Assembly: GCA_043228905.1 (NCBI GenBank) | Contig: JBHGNT010000040.1 | Coordinates: 1 to 64,000 of the forward strand | Direction of reading: 5' to 3' | DNA from: Azolla caroliniana | Taxonomy: Eukaryota > Plantae > Polypodiophyta | DNA: 64,000 nucleotides | In this document: piece after piece, positions 27,600-40,887 of the stretch | Position numbering within the stretch: the first letter of the stretch is position 1 | Layout of the letters: each line of letters opens with the position of its first letter | Made by a program: the position numbers and the translations under genes | Notes under the pieces: model-generated | Seen by the model: only the letters and a program-made list of their open reading frames with translations | Databases searched by the model: none | Told to the model about the DNA's origin: nothing

Positions 27600-30500
27600 G
27601 TTGTTAGCTTCGATTCGCATCTTTGAACAGTAAAATCCGATATCACACGAGCCAGGTATGACAACTTTAATTTACTCACGCACTCTTCTCAACTCCCTCC
27701 TCTAATTTACTAATTTCTTCATGTCTCTCGACCTGAGTTTCAAAATCTTGCTTTTTTAATTCGATATCATAGCTAGTGTTATTAGCTTCGATACGCAAGA
27801 TGGAACACGAAAATCGGATATCACACCAGCCAGGTATGAACATTTTAATTTACTCACTTGCTCTTCTCAACTCCCTCCTCAAATTTACTAATTTCTTCAT
27901 GTCTCTCGACCTGAGTTTCAAAATCTTGATTTTCTAATTTCATATCATAGCTAGTGTTGTCAGCTTCGATTCGCATGTTTGAACACAAAAATACGCTATC
28001 ACACGAGCCAGGTATGACAATTTTCATTTACTCACGCACTCTTCTCAACTCCCTCCTTTAATTTACTAATTTCTTCATGTCTCTCGACCTGAGTTTCAAA
28101 ATCTTGATTTTTTAATTCGATATCATAGCTAGTGTTATTAGGTTCGATTCGCATGATGGAACACGAAAATCGGATATCACACCAGCCAGGTATGAACATT
28201 TTAATTTACTCACTTGCTCTTGTCAACTCCCTCCTCAAATTTGGTAATTTCTTCATGTCTCTCGACCTGAGTTTCAAATTCTTGATTTTCTAATTCCATA
28301 TAATAGGTAGTGTTGTTAGCTTCGATTCGCATGTTTGAACACTAAAATCCGATATCACACGAGCCAGGTATGACCATTTTAATTTACTCACGCGCTCTTC
28401 TCAACTCCCTCCTCTAATTTACTAATTTCTTCATGTCTCTTGACCTGAGTTTCAAAATCTTGATTTTCTAATTCCATATCATAGGTAGTGTTGTTAGCTT
28501 CGATTCGCATCTTTGAACAGTAAAATCCGATATCACACGAGCCAGGTATGACAACTTTAATTTACTCACGCACTCTTCTCAACTCCCTCCTCTAAACTAC
28601 TAATTTCTTCATGTCTCTCGACCTGAGTTTCAAAATCTTGCTTTTTTAATTCGATAACATAGCTAGTGTTATTAGCTTCGATTCGCATGATGGAACACGA
28701 AAATCGGATATCACACCAGCCAGGTATGAACATTTTAATTTACTCACTTGCTCTTCTCAACTCCCTCCTCAAATTTGGTAATTTCTTCATGTCTCTCGAC
28801 CTGAGTTTCAAATTCTTGATTTTCTAATTCCATATAATAGGTAGTGTTGTTAGCTTCGATTCGCATGTTTGAACACTAAAATCCGATATCACACGACCCA
28901 GGTATGACCATTTTAATTTACTCACGCGCTCTTCTCAACTCCCTCCTCTAATTTACTAATTTCTTCATGTCTCTTGACCTGAGTTTCAAAATCTTGATTT
29001 TCTAATTCCATATCATAGGTAGTGTTGTTAGCTTCGATTCGCATCTTTGAACAGTAAAATCCGATATCACACGAGCCAGGTATGACAACTTTAATTTACT
29101 CACGCACTCTTCTCAACTCCCTCCTCTAATTTACTAATTTCTTCATGTCTCTCGACCTGAGTTTCAAAATCTTGCTTTTTTAATTCGATAACATAGCTAG
29201 TGTTATTAGGTTCGATTCGCATGATGGAACACGAAAATCGGATATCACACCAGCCAGGTATGAACATTTTAATTTACTCACTTGCTCTTCTCAACTCCCT
29301 CCTCAAATTTGGTAATTTCTTCATGTCTCTCGACCTGAGTTTCAAATTCTTGATTTTCTAATTCCATATAATAGGTAGTGTTGTTAGCTTCGATTCGCAT
29401 GTTTGAACACTAAAATCCGATATCACACGACCCAGGTATGACCATTTTAATTTACTCACGCGCTCTTCTCAACTCCCTCCTCTAATTTACTAATTTCTTC
29501 ATGTCTCTTGACCTGAGTTTCAAAATCTTGATTTTCTAATTCCATATCATAGGTAGTGTTGTTAGCTTCGATTCGCATCTTTGAACAGTAAAATCCGATA
29601 TCACACGAGCCAGGTATGACAACTTTAATTTACTCACGCACTCTTCTCAACTCCCTCCTCTAATTTACTAATTTCTTCATGTCTCTCGACCTGAGTTTCA
29701 AAATCTTGCTTTTTTAACTCCATATCATAGCTAGTGTTGTTAGCTTCGAGTCGCATGATAGAACACTAAAATCGGATATCACACGAGCCAGGTATGAACA
29801 TTTTAATTTACTCACGCGCTCTTCTCAACTCCCTCCTCAAATTTACTAATTTCTTCATGTCTCTCGACCTGAGTTTCAAAATCTTGATTTTCTAATTTCA
29901 TATCATAGCTAGTGTTGTCAGCTTCGATTCGCATGTTTGAACACAAAAATACGCTATCACACGAGCCAGGTATGACAATTTTCATTTACTCACGCGCTCT
30001 TCTCAACTCCCTCCTCTAATTTACTAATTTCTTCATGTCTCTCGACCTGAGTTTCAAAATGTTGATTTTTTAATTCCATATCATACCTAGTGTTGTTAGC
30101 TTCAATTCGGAGGATGGAACACTAAAATCGGATATCACACGAGCCAGGTATGAACATTTTAATTTACTCACGCTCTCTTCTCAGATCCCTCCTCAAATTT
30201 TGTAATTTCTTCATGTCTCTCGACCTGAGTTTCAAAATCTTGATTTTCTAATTCCATATCATAGCTAGTGTTGTCAGCTTCGATTCGCATCTTTGAACAG
30301 TAAAATCCGATATCACACGAGCCAGGTATGACAACTTTAATTTACTCACGCACTCTTCTCAACTCCCTCCTCTAATTTACTAATTTCTTCATGTCTCTCG
30401 ACCTGAGTTTCAAAATCTTGCTTTTTTAATTCGATATCATAGCTAGTGTTATTAGCTTCGATACGCATGATGGAACACGAAAATCGGATATCACACCAGC

Positions 30501-33500
30501 CAGGTATGAACATTTTAATTTACTCACTTGCTCTTCTCAACTCCCTCCTCAAATTTTCTAATTTCTTCATGTCTCTCGACCTGAGTTTCAAAATCTTGAT
30601 TTTCTAATTTCATATCATAGCTAGTGTTGTCAGCTTCGATTCGCATGTTTGAACACAAAAATACGCTATCACACGAGCCAGATATGACAATTTTCATTTA
30701 CTCACGCGCTCTTCTCAACTCCCTCCTCTAATTTACTAATTTCTTCATGTCTCCCGATCTGAGTTTCAAAATGTTGATTTTTTAATTCCATATCATACCT
30801 AGTGTTGTTAGCTTCAATTCGGAGGATGGAACACTAAAATCGGATATCACACGAGCCAGGTATGAACATTTGAATTTACTCACTTGCTCTTCTCAACTCC
30901 CTCCTCAAATTTGGTAATTTCTTCATGTCTCTCGACCTGAGTTTCAAAATCTTGATTTTCTAATTCCATATCATAGGTAGTGTTGTTAGCTTCGATTCGC
31001 ATCTTTGAACAGTAAAATCCGATATCACACGAGCCAGGTATGACAACTTTAATTTACTCACGCACTCTTCTCAACTCCCTCCTCTAATTTACTAATTTCT
31101 TCATGTCTCTCGACCTGAGTTTCAAAATCTTGCTTTTTTAATTCGATATCATAGCTAGTGTTATTAGCTTCGATACGCAAGATGGAACACGAAAATCGGA
31201 TATCACACCAGCCAGGTATGAACATTTTAATTTACTCACTTGCTCTTCTCAACTCCCTCCTCAAATTTACTAATTTCTTCATGTCTCTCGACCTGAGTTT
31301 CAAAATCTTGATTTTCTAATTTCATATCATAGCTAGTGTTGTCAGCTTCGATTCGCATGTTTGAACACAAAAATACGCTATCACACGAGCCAGGTATGAC
31401 AATTTTCATTTACTCACGCACTCTTCTCAACTCCCTCCTTTAATTTACTAATTTCTTCATGTCTCTCGACCTGAGTTTCAAAATCTTGATTTTTTAATTC
31501 GATATCATAGCTAGTGTTATTAGGTTCGATTCGCATGATGGAACACGAAAATCGGATATCACACCAGCCAGGTATGAACATTTTAATTTACTCACTTGCT
31601 CTTGTCAACTCCCTCCTCAAATTTGGTAATTTCTTCATGTCTCTCGACCTGAGTTTCAAATTCTTGATTTTCTAATTCCATATAATAGGTAGTGTTGTTA
31701 GCTTCGATTCGCATGTTTGAACACTAAAATCCGATATCACACGAGCCAGGTATGACCATTTTAATTTACTCACGCGCTCTTCTCAACTCCCTCCTCTAAT
31801 TTACTAATTTCTTCATGTCTCTTGACCTGAGTTTCAAAATCTTGATTTTCTAATTCCATATCATAGGTAGTGTTGTTAGCTTCGATTCGCATCTTTGAAC
31901 AGTAAAATCCGATATCACACGAGCCAGGTATGACAACTTTAATTTACTCACGCACTCTTCTCAACTCCCTCCTCTAAACTACTAATTTCTTCATGTCTCT
32001 CGACCTGAGTTTCAAAATCTTGCTTTTTTAATTCGATAACATAGCTAGTGTTATTAGCTTCGATTCGCATGATGGAACACGAAAATCGGATATCACACCA
32101 GCCAGGTATGAACATTTTAATTTACTCACTTGCTCTTCTCAACTCCCTCCTCAAATTTGGTAATTTCTTCATGTCTCTCGACCTGAGTTTCAAATTCTTG
32201 ATTTTCTAATTCCATATAATAGGTAGTGTTGTTAGCTTCGATTCGCATGTTTGAACACTAAAATCCGATATCACACGACCCAGGTATGACCATTTTAATT
32301 TACTCACGCGCTCTTCTCAACTCCCTCCTCTAATTTACTAATTTCTTCATGTCTCTTGACCTGAGTTTCAAAATCTTGATTTTCTAATTCCATATCATAG
32401 GTAGTGTTGTTAGCTTCGATTCGCATCTTTGAACAGTAAAATCCGATATCACACGAGCCAGGTATGACAACTTTAATTTACTCACGCACTCTTCTCAACT
32501 CCCTCCTCTAATTTACTAATTTCTTCATGTCTCTCGACCTGAGTTTCAAAATCTTGCTTTTTTAATTCGATAACATAGCTAGTGTTATTAGGTTCGATTC
32601 GCATGATGGAACACGAAAATCGGATATCACACCAGCCAGGTATGAACATTTTAATTTACTCACTTGCTCTTCTCAACTCCCTCCTCAAATTTGGTAATTT
32701 CTTCATGTCTCTCGACCTGAGTTTCAAATTCTTGATTTTCTAATTCCATATAATAGGTAGTGTTGTTAGCTTCGATTCGCATGTTTGAACACTAAAATCC
32801 GATATCACACGACCCAGGTATGACCATTTTAATTTACTCACGCGCTCTTCTCAACTCCCTCCTCTAATTTACTAATTTCTTCATGTCTCTTGACCTGAGT
32901 TTCAAAATCTTGATTTTCTAATTCCATATCATAGGTAGTGTTGTTAGCTTCGATTCGCATCTTTGAACAGTAAAATCCGATATCACACGAGCCAGGTATG
33001 ACAACTTTAATTTACTCACGCACTCTTCTCAACTCCCTCCTCTAATTTACTAATTTCTTCATGTCTCTCGACCTGAGTTTCAAAATCTTGCTTTTTTAAC
33101 TCCATATCATAGCTAGTGTTGTTAGCTTCGAGTCGCATGATAGAACACTAAAATCGGATATCACACGAGCCAGGTATGAACATTTTAATTTACTCACGCG
33201 CTCTTCTCAACTCCCTCCTCAAATTTACTAATTTCTTCATGTCTCTCGACCTGAGTTTCAAAATCTTGATTTTCTAATTTCATATCATAGCTAGTGTTGT
33301 CAGCTTCGATTCGCATGTTTGAACACAAAAATACGCTATCACACGAGCCAGGTATGACAATTTTCATTTACTCACGCGCTCTTCTCAACTCCCTCCTCTA
33401 ATTTACTAATTTCTTCATGTCTCTCGACCTGAGTTTCAAAATGTTGATTTTTTAATTCCATATCATACCTAGTGTTGTTAGCTTCAATTCGGAGGATGGA

Positions 33501-36500
33501 ACACTAAAATCGGATATCACACGAGCCAGGTATGAACATTTTAATTTACTCACGCTCTCTTCTCAGATCCCTCCTCAAATTTTGTAATTTCTTCATGTCT
33601 CTCGACCTGAGTTTCAAAATCTTGATTTTCTAATTCCATATCATAGCTAGTGTTGTCAGCTTCGATTCGCATCTTTGAACAGTAAAATCCGATATCACAC
33701 GAGCCAGGTATGACAACTTTAATTTACTCACGCACTCTTCTCAACTCCCTCCTCTAATTTACTAATTTCTTCATGTCTCTCGACCTGAGTTTCAAAATCT
33801 TGCTTTTTTAATTCGATATCATAGCTAGTGTTATTAGCTTCGATACGCATGATGGAACACGAAAATCGGATATCACACCAGCCAGGTATGAACATTTTAA
33901 TTTACTCACTTGCTCTTCTCAACTCCCTCCTCAAATTTTCTAATTTCTTCATGTCTCTCGACCTGAGTTTCAAAATCTTGATTTTCTAATTTCATATCAT
34001 AGCTAGTGTTGTCAGCTTCGATTCGCATGTTTGAACACAAAAATACGCTATCACACGAGCCAGATATGACAATTTTCATTTACTCACGCGCTCTTCTCAA
34101 CTCCCTCCTCTAATTTACTAATTTCTTCATGTCTCCCGATCTGAGTTTCAAAATGTTGATTTTTTAATTCCATATCATACCTAGTGTTGTTAGCTTCAAT
34201 TCGGAGGATGGAACACTAAAATCGGATATCACACGAGCCAGGTATGAACATTTGAATTTACTCACTTGCTCTTCTCAACTCCCTCCTCAAATTTGGTAAT
34301 TTCTTCATGTCTCTCGACCTGAGTTTCAAAATCTTGATTTTCTAATTCCATATCATAGGTAGTGTTGTTAGCTTCGATTCGCATCTTTGAACAGTAAAAT
34401 CCGATATCACACGAGCCAGGTATGACAACTTTAATTTACTCACGCACTCTTCTCAACTCCCTCCTCTAATTTACTAATTTCTTCATGTCTCTCGACCTGA
34501 GTTTCAAAATCTTGCTTTTTTAATTCGATATCATAGCTAGTGTTATTAGCTTCGATACGCAAGATGGAACACGAAAATCGGATATCACACCAGCCAGGTA
34601 TGAACATTTTAATTTACTCACTTGCTCTTCTCAACTCCCTCCTCAAATTTACTAATTTCTTCATGTCTCTCGACCTGAGTTTCAAAATCTTGATTTTCTA
34701 ATTTCATATCATAGCTAGTGTTGTCAGCTTCGATTCGCATGTTTGAACACAAAAATACGCTATCACACGAGCCAGGTATGACAATTTTCATTTACTCACG
34801 CACTCTTCTCAACTCCCTCCTTTAATTTACTAATTTCTTCATGTCTCTCGACCTGAGTTTCAAAATCTTGATTTTTTAATTCGATATCATAGCTAGTGTT
34901 ATTAGGTTCGATTCGCATGATGGAACACGAAAATCGGATATCACACCAGCCAGGTATGAACATTTTAATTTACTCACTTGCTCTTGTCAACTCCCTCCTC
35001 AAATTTGGTAATTTCTTCATGTCTCTCGACCTGAGTTTCAAATTCTTGATTTTCTAATTCCATATAATAGGTAGTGTTGTTAGCTTCGATTCGCATGTTT
35101 GAACACTAAAATCCGATATCACACGAGCCAGGTATGACCATTTTAATTTACTCACGCGCTCTTCTCAACTCCCTCCTCGAATTTACTAATTTCTTCATGT
35201 CTCTTGACCTGAGTTTCAAAATCTTGATTTTCTAATTCCATATCATAGGTAGTGTTGTTAGCTTCGATTCGCATCTTTGAACAGTAAAATCCGATATCAC
35301 ACGAGCCACGTATGACAACTTTAATTTACTCACGCACTCTTCTCAACTCCCTCCTCTAAACTACTAATTTCTTCATGTCTCTCGACCTGAGTTTCAAAAT
35401 CTTGCTTTTTTAATTCGATAACATAGCTAGTGTTATTAGCTTCGATTCGCATGATGGAACACGAAAATCGGATATCACACCAGCCAGGTATGAACATTTT
35501 AATTTACTCACTTGCTCTTCTCAACTCCCTCCTCAAATTTGGTAATTTCTTCATGTCTCTCGACCTGAGTTTCAAATTCTTGATTTTCTAATTCCATATA
35601 ATAGGTAGTGTTGTTAGCTTCGATTCGCATGTTTGAACACTAAAATCCGATATCACACGACCCAGGTATGACCATTTTAATTTACTCACGCGCTCTTCTC
35701 AACTCCCTCCTCTAATTTACTAATTTCTTCATGTCTCTTGACCTGAGTTTCAAAATCTTGATTTTCTAATTCCATATCATAGGTAGTGTTGTTAGCTTCG
35801 ATTCGCATCTTTGAACAGTAAAATCCGATATCACACGAGCCAGGTATGACAACTTTAATTTACTCACGCACTCTTCTCAACTCCCTCCTCTAATTTACTA
35901 ATTTCTTCATGTCTCTCGACCTGAGTTTCAAAATCTTGCTTTTTTAATTCGATAACATAGCTAGTGTTATTAGGTTCGATTCGCATGATGGAACACGAAA
36001 ATCGGATATCACACCAGCCAGGTATGAACATTTTAATTTACTCACTTGCTCTTCTCAACTCCCTCCTCAAATTTGGTAATTTCTTCATGTCTCTCGACCT
36101 GAGTTTCAAATTCTTGATTTTCTAATTCCATATAATAGGTAGTGTTGTTAGCTTCGATTCGCATGTTTGAACACTAAAATCCGATATCACACGACCCAGG
36201 TATGACCATTTTAATTTACTCACGCGCTCTTCTCAACTCCCTCCTCTAATTTACTAATTTCTTCATGTCTCTTGACCTGAGTTTCAAAATCTTGATTTTC
36301 TAATTCCATATCATAGGTAGTGTTGTTAGCTTCGATTCGCATCTTTGAACAGTAAAATCCGATATCACACGAGCCAGGTATGACAACTTTAATTTACTCA
36401 CGCACTCTTCTCAACTCCCTCCTCTAATTTACTAATTTCTTCATGTCTCTCGACCTGAGTTTCAAAATCTTGCTTTTTTAACTCCATATCATAGCTAGTG

Positions 36501-37600
36501 TTGTTAGCTTCGAGTCGCATGATAGAACACTAAAATCGGATATCACACGAGCCAGGTATGAACATTTTAATTTACTCACGCGCTCTTCTCAACTCCCTCC
36601 TCAAATTTACTAATTTCTTCATGTCTCTCGACCTGAGTTTCAAAATCTTGATTTTCTAATTTCATATCATAGCTAGTGTTGTCAGCTTCGATTCGCATGT
36701 TTGAACACAAAAATACGCTATCACACGAGCCAGGTATGACAATTTTCATTTACTCACGCGCTCTTCTCAACTCCCTCCTCTAATTTACTAATTTCTTCAT
36801 GTCTCTCGACCTGAGTTTCAAAATGTTGATTTTTTAATTCCATATCATACCTAGTGTTGTTAGCTTCAATTCGGAGGATGGAACACTAAAATCGGATATC
36901 ACACGAGCCAGGTATGAACATTTTAATTTACTCACGCTCTCTTCTCAGATCCCTCCTCAAATTTTGTAATTTCTTCATGTCTCTCGACCTGAGTTTCAAA
37001 ATCTTGATTTTCTAATTCCATATCATAGCTAGTGTTGTCAGCTTCGATTCGCATCTTTGAACAGTAAAATCCGATATCACACGAGCCAGGTATGACAACT
37101 TTAATTTACTCACGCACTCTTCTCAACTCCCTCCTCTAATTTACTAATTTCTTCATGTCTCTCGACCTGAGTTTCAAAATCTTGCTTTTTTAATTCGATA
37201 TCATAGCTAGTGTTATTAGCTTCGATACGCATGATGGAACACGAAAATCGGATATCACACCAGCCAGGTATGAACATTTTAATTTACTCACTTGCTCTTC
37301 TCAACTCCCTCCTCAAATTTTCTAATTTCTTCATGTCTCTCGACCTGAGTTTCAAAATCTTGATTTTCTAATTTCATATCATAGCTAGTGTTGTCAGCTT
37401 CGATTCGCATGTTTGAACACAAAAATACGCTATCACACGAGCCAGATATGACAATTTTCATTTACTCACGCGCTCTTCTCAACTCCCTCCCCTAATTTAC
37501 TAATTTCTTCATGTCTCCCGATCTGAGTTTCAAAATGTTGATTTTTTAATTCCATATCATACCTAGTGTTGTTAGCTTCAATTCGGAGGATGGAACACTA
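27600..37600 (+). repeat. 19-monomer (3382-bp) higher-order repeat, about 3 tandem copies; boundaries approximate
   Basis: Private variants ATACGCAAGA at 27791/31173/34555 and TCTAAACTAC at 28591/31973/35355 are spaced exactly 3382 = 19x178. Confidence 0.88.
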
Positions 37601-40600
37601 AAATCGGATATCACACGAGCCAGGTATGAACATTTTAATTTACACACGCTCTCTTCTCAGATCCCTCCTCAAATTTTGTAATTTCTTCATGTCTCTCGAC
37701 CTGAGTTTCAAAATCTTGATTTTCTAATTCCATATCATAGCTAGTGTTGTTAGCTTCGATTCGCATGTTGTATGACCATTTTAATTTACTCACGCGCTGT
37801 TGTCAGCTCCCTCCTGTAATTTACTAATTTTTTCATGTCTCTCGACCTGAGTTTCAAAATCTTGATTTTCTAATTCCATATCATAGGTAGTGTTGTTAGC
37901 TTCGATTCGCATCTTTGAACAGTAAAATCCGATATCACACGAGCCAGGTATGACAATTTTAATTTCCTCACGCGATCTTCTCAACTCCCTCCTCTAATTT
38001 ACTAATTTCTTCATGTCTCTCGACCTGAGTTTCAAAATCTTGATTTTTTAACTCCATATCATAGCTAGTGTTGTTAGCTTCGAGTCGCATGATAGAACTC
38101 TAAAATCGGATATCACACGAGCCAGGTATGAACATTTTAATTTACTCACGCGCTCTTCTCAACTCCCTCCTCAAATTTACTAATTTCTTCATGTCTCTCG
38201 ACCTGAGTTTCAAAATCTTGATTTTCTAATTCCATATCATAGGTAGTGTTGTTAGCTTCGATTCGCATCTTTGAACAGTAAAATCCGATATCACACGAGC
38301 CAGGTATGACAACTTTAATTTACTCACGCACTCTTCTCAACTCCCTCCTCTAATTTACTAATTTCTTCATGTCTCTCGACCTGAGTTTCAAAATCTTGCT
38401 TTTTTAATTCGATATCATAGCTAGTGTTATTAGCTTCGATACGCAAGATGGAACACGAAAATCGGATATCACACCAGCCAGGTATGAACATTTTAATTTA
38501 CTCACTTGCTCTTCTCAACTCCCACCTCAAATTTACTAATTTCTTCATGTCTCTCGACCTGAGTTTCAAAATCTTGATTTTCTAATTCCATATCATAGCT
38601 AGTGTTGTCAGCTTCGATTCGCATCTTTGAACAGTAAAATCCGATATCACACGAGCCAGGTATGACAATTTTCATTTACTCACGCACTCTTCTCAACTCC
38701 CTCCTTTAATTTACTAATTTCTTCATGTCTCTCGACCTGAGTTTCAAAATCTTGATTTTTTAATTCGATATCATAGCTAGTGTTATTAGGTTCGATTCGC
38801 ATGATGGAACACGAAAATCGGATATCACACCAGCCAGGTATGAACATTTTAATTTACTCACTTGCTCTTCTCAACTCCCTCCTCAAATTTGGTAATTTCT
38901 TCATGTCTCTCGACCTGAGTTTCAAATTCTTGATTTTCTAATTCCATATAATAGGTAGTGTTGTTAGCTTCGATTCGCATGTTTGAACACTAAAATCCGA
39001 TATCACACGAGCCAGGTATGACCATTTTAATTTACTCACGCGCTCTTCTCAACTCCCTCCTCTAATTTACTAATTTCTTCATGTCTCTTGACCTGAGTTT
39101 CAAAATCTTGATTTTCTAATTCCATATCATAGGTAGTGTTGTTAGCTTCGAATCGCATCTTTGAACAGTAAAATCCGATATCACACGAGCCAGGTATGAC
39201 AACTTTAATTTACTCACGCACTCTTCTCAACTCCCTCCTCTAATTTATTAATTTCTTCATGTCTCTCGACCTGAGTTTCAAAATCTTGCTTTTTTAATTC
39301 GATAACATAGCTAGTGTTATTAGCTTCGATTCGCATGATGGAACACGAAAATCGGATATCACACCAGCCAGGTATGAACATTTTAATTTACTCACTTGCT
39401 CTTCTCAACTCCCTCCTCAAATTTGGTAATTTCTTCATGTCTCTCGACCTGAGTTTCAAATTCTTGATTTTCTAATTCCATATAATAGCTAGTGTTGTTA
39501 GCTTCGATTCGCATGTTTGAACACTAAAATCCGATATCACACGACCCAGGTATGACCATTTTAATTTACTCACGCGCTCTTCTCAACTCCCTCCTCTAAT
39601 TTACTAATTTCTTCATGTCTCTCGACCTGAGTTTCAAAATCTTGATTTTCTAATTCCATATCATAGGTAGTGTTGTTAGCTTCGATTCGCATCTTTGAAC
39701 AGTAAAATCCGATATCACACGAGCCAGGTATGACAATGTTAATTTCCTCACGCGATCTTCTCAGATCCCTCCTCTAATTTACTAATTTCTTCATGTCTCT
39801 CGACCTGAGTTTCAAAATCTTGATTTTCTAATTCCATATCATAGCTAGTGTTGTTAGCTTCGATTCGCATGTTGTATGAACATTTTAATTTACTCACGCG
39901 CTGTTGTCAGCTCCCTCCTGTAATTTACTAATTTTTACATGTCTCGCGACCTGAGTTTCAAAATCTTGATTTTCTAATTCCATATCATAGGTAGTGTTGT
40001 TAGCTTCGATTCGCATGTTTCAACACAAAAATCCGATATCACACGAGCCAGGTATGACAATTTTAATTTCCTCACGCGATCTTCTCAACTCCCTCCTCTA
40101 ATTTACTAATTTCTTCATGTCTCTCGACCTGAGTTTCAAAATCTTGATTTTTTAACTCCATATCATAGCTAGTGTCGTTAGCTTCGAGTCGCATGATAGA
40201 ACTCTAAAATCGGATATCACACGAGCCAGGTATGAACATTTTAATTTACTCACGCGCTCTTCTCAACTCCCTCCTCAAATTTACTAATTTCTTCATGTCT
40301 CTCGACCTGAGTTTCAAAATCTTGATTTTCTAATTTCATATCATAGCTAGTGTTGTCAGCTTCGATTCGCATGTTTGAACACAAAAATACGCTATCACAC
40401 GAGCCAGGTATGACAATTTTCATTTACTCACGCGCTCTTCTCAACTCCCTCCTCTAATTTACTAATTTCTTCATGTCTCTCGACCTGAGTTTCAAAATCT
40501 TGATTTTTTAACTCCATATCATAGCTAGTGTTGTTAGCTTCGAGTCGCATGATAGAACACTAAAATCGGATATCACACGAGCCAGGTATGAACATTTTAA

Positions 40601-40845
40601 TTTACTCACGCGCTCTTCTCAACTCCCTCCTCAAATTTACTAATTTCTTCATGTCTCTCGACCTGAGTTTCAAAATCTTGATTTTCTAATTTCATATCAT
40701 AGCTAGTGTTGTCAGCTTCGATTCGCATGTTTGAACACAAAAATACGCTATCACACGAGCCAGGTATGACAATTTTCATTTACTCACGCGCTCTTCTCAA
40801 CTCCCTCCTCTAATTTACTAATTTCTTCATGTCTCTCGACCTAAG

Positions 40846-40887
40846 TTTAGGGTTTAGGGTAGGGTTTAGGGTTTAGGGTTTAGGGTT
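40846..40887 (+). repeat. Interstitial telomeric tract, inverted relative to the terminal telomere (copy 1)
   Basis: (TTTAGGG)2 TAGGG (TTTAGGG)3 TT lies inside a monomer. About 40 new bp replace about 52 bp of satellite between CTAAGTTT and TCGCATCTTTG. Confidence 0.95.

Noticed and set aside
28591-28600. CTAAAC variant as telomere-derived
   Set aside because: Only a 2-base change giving a 6-mer match; too short to support.
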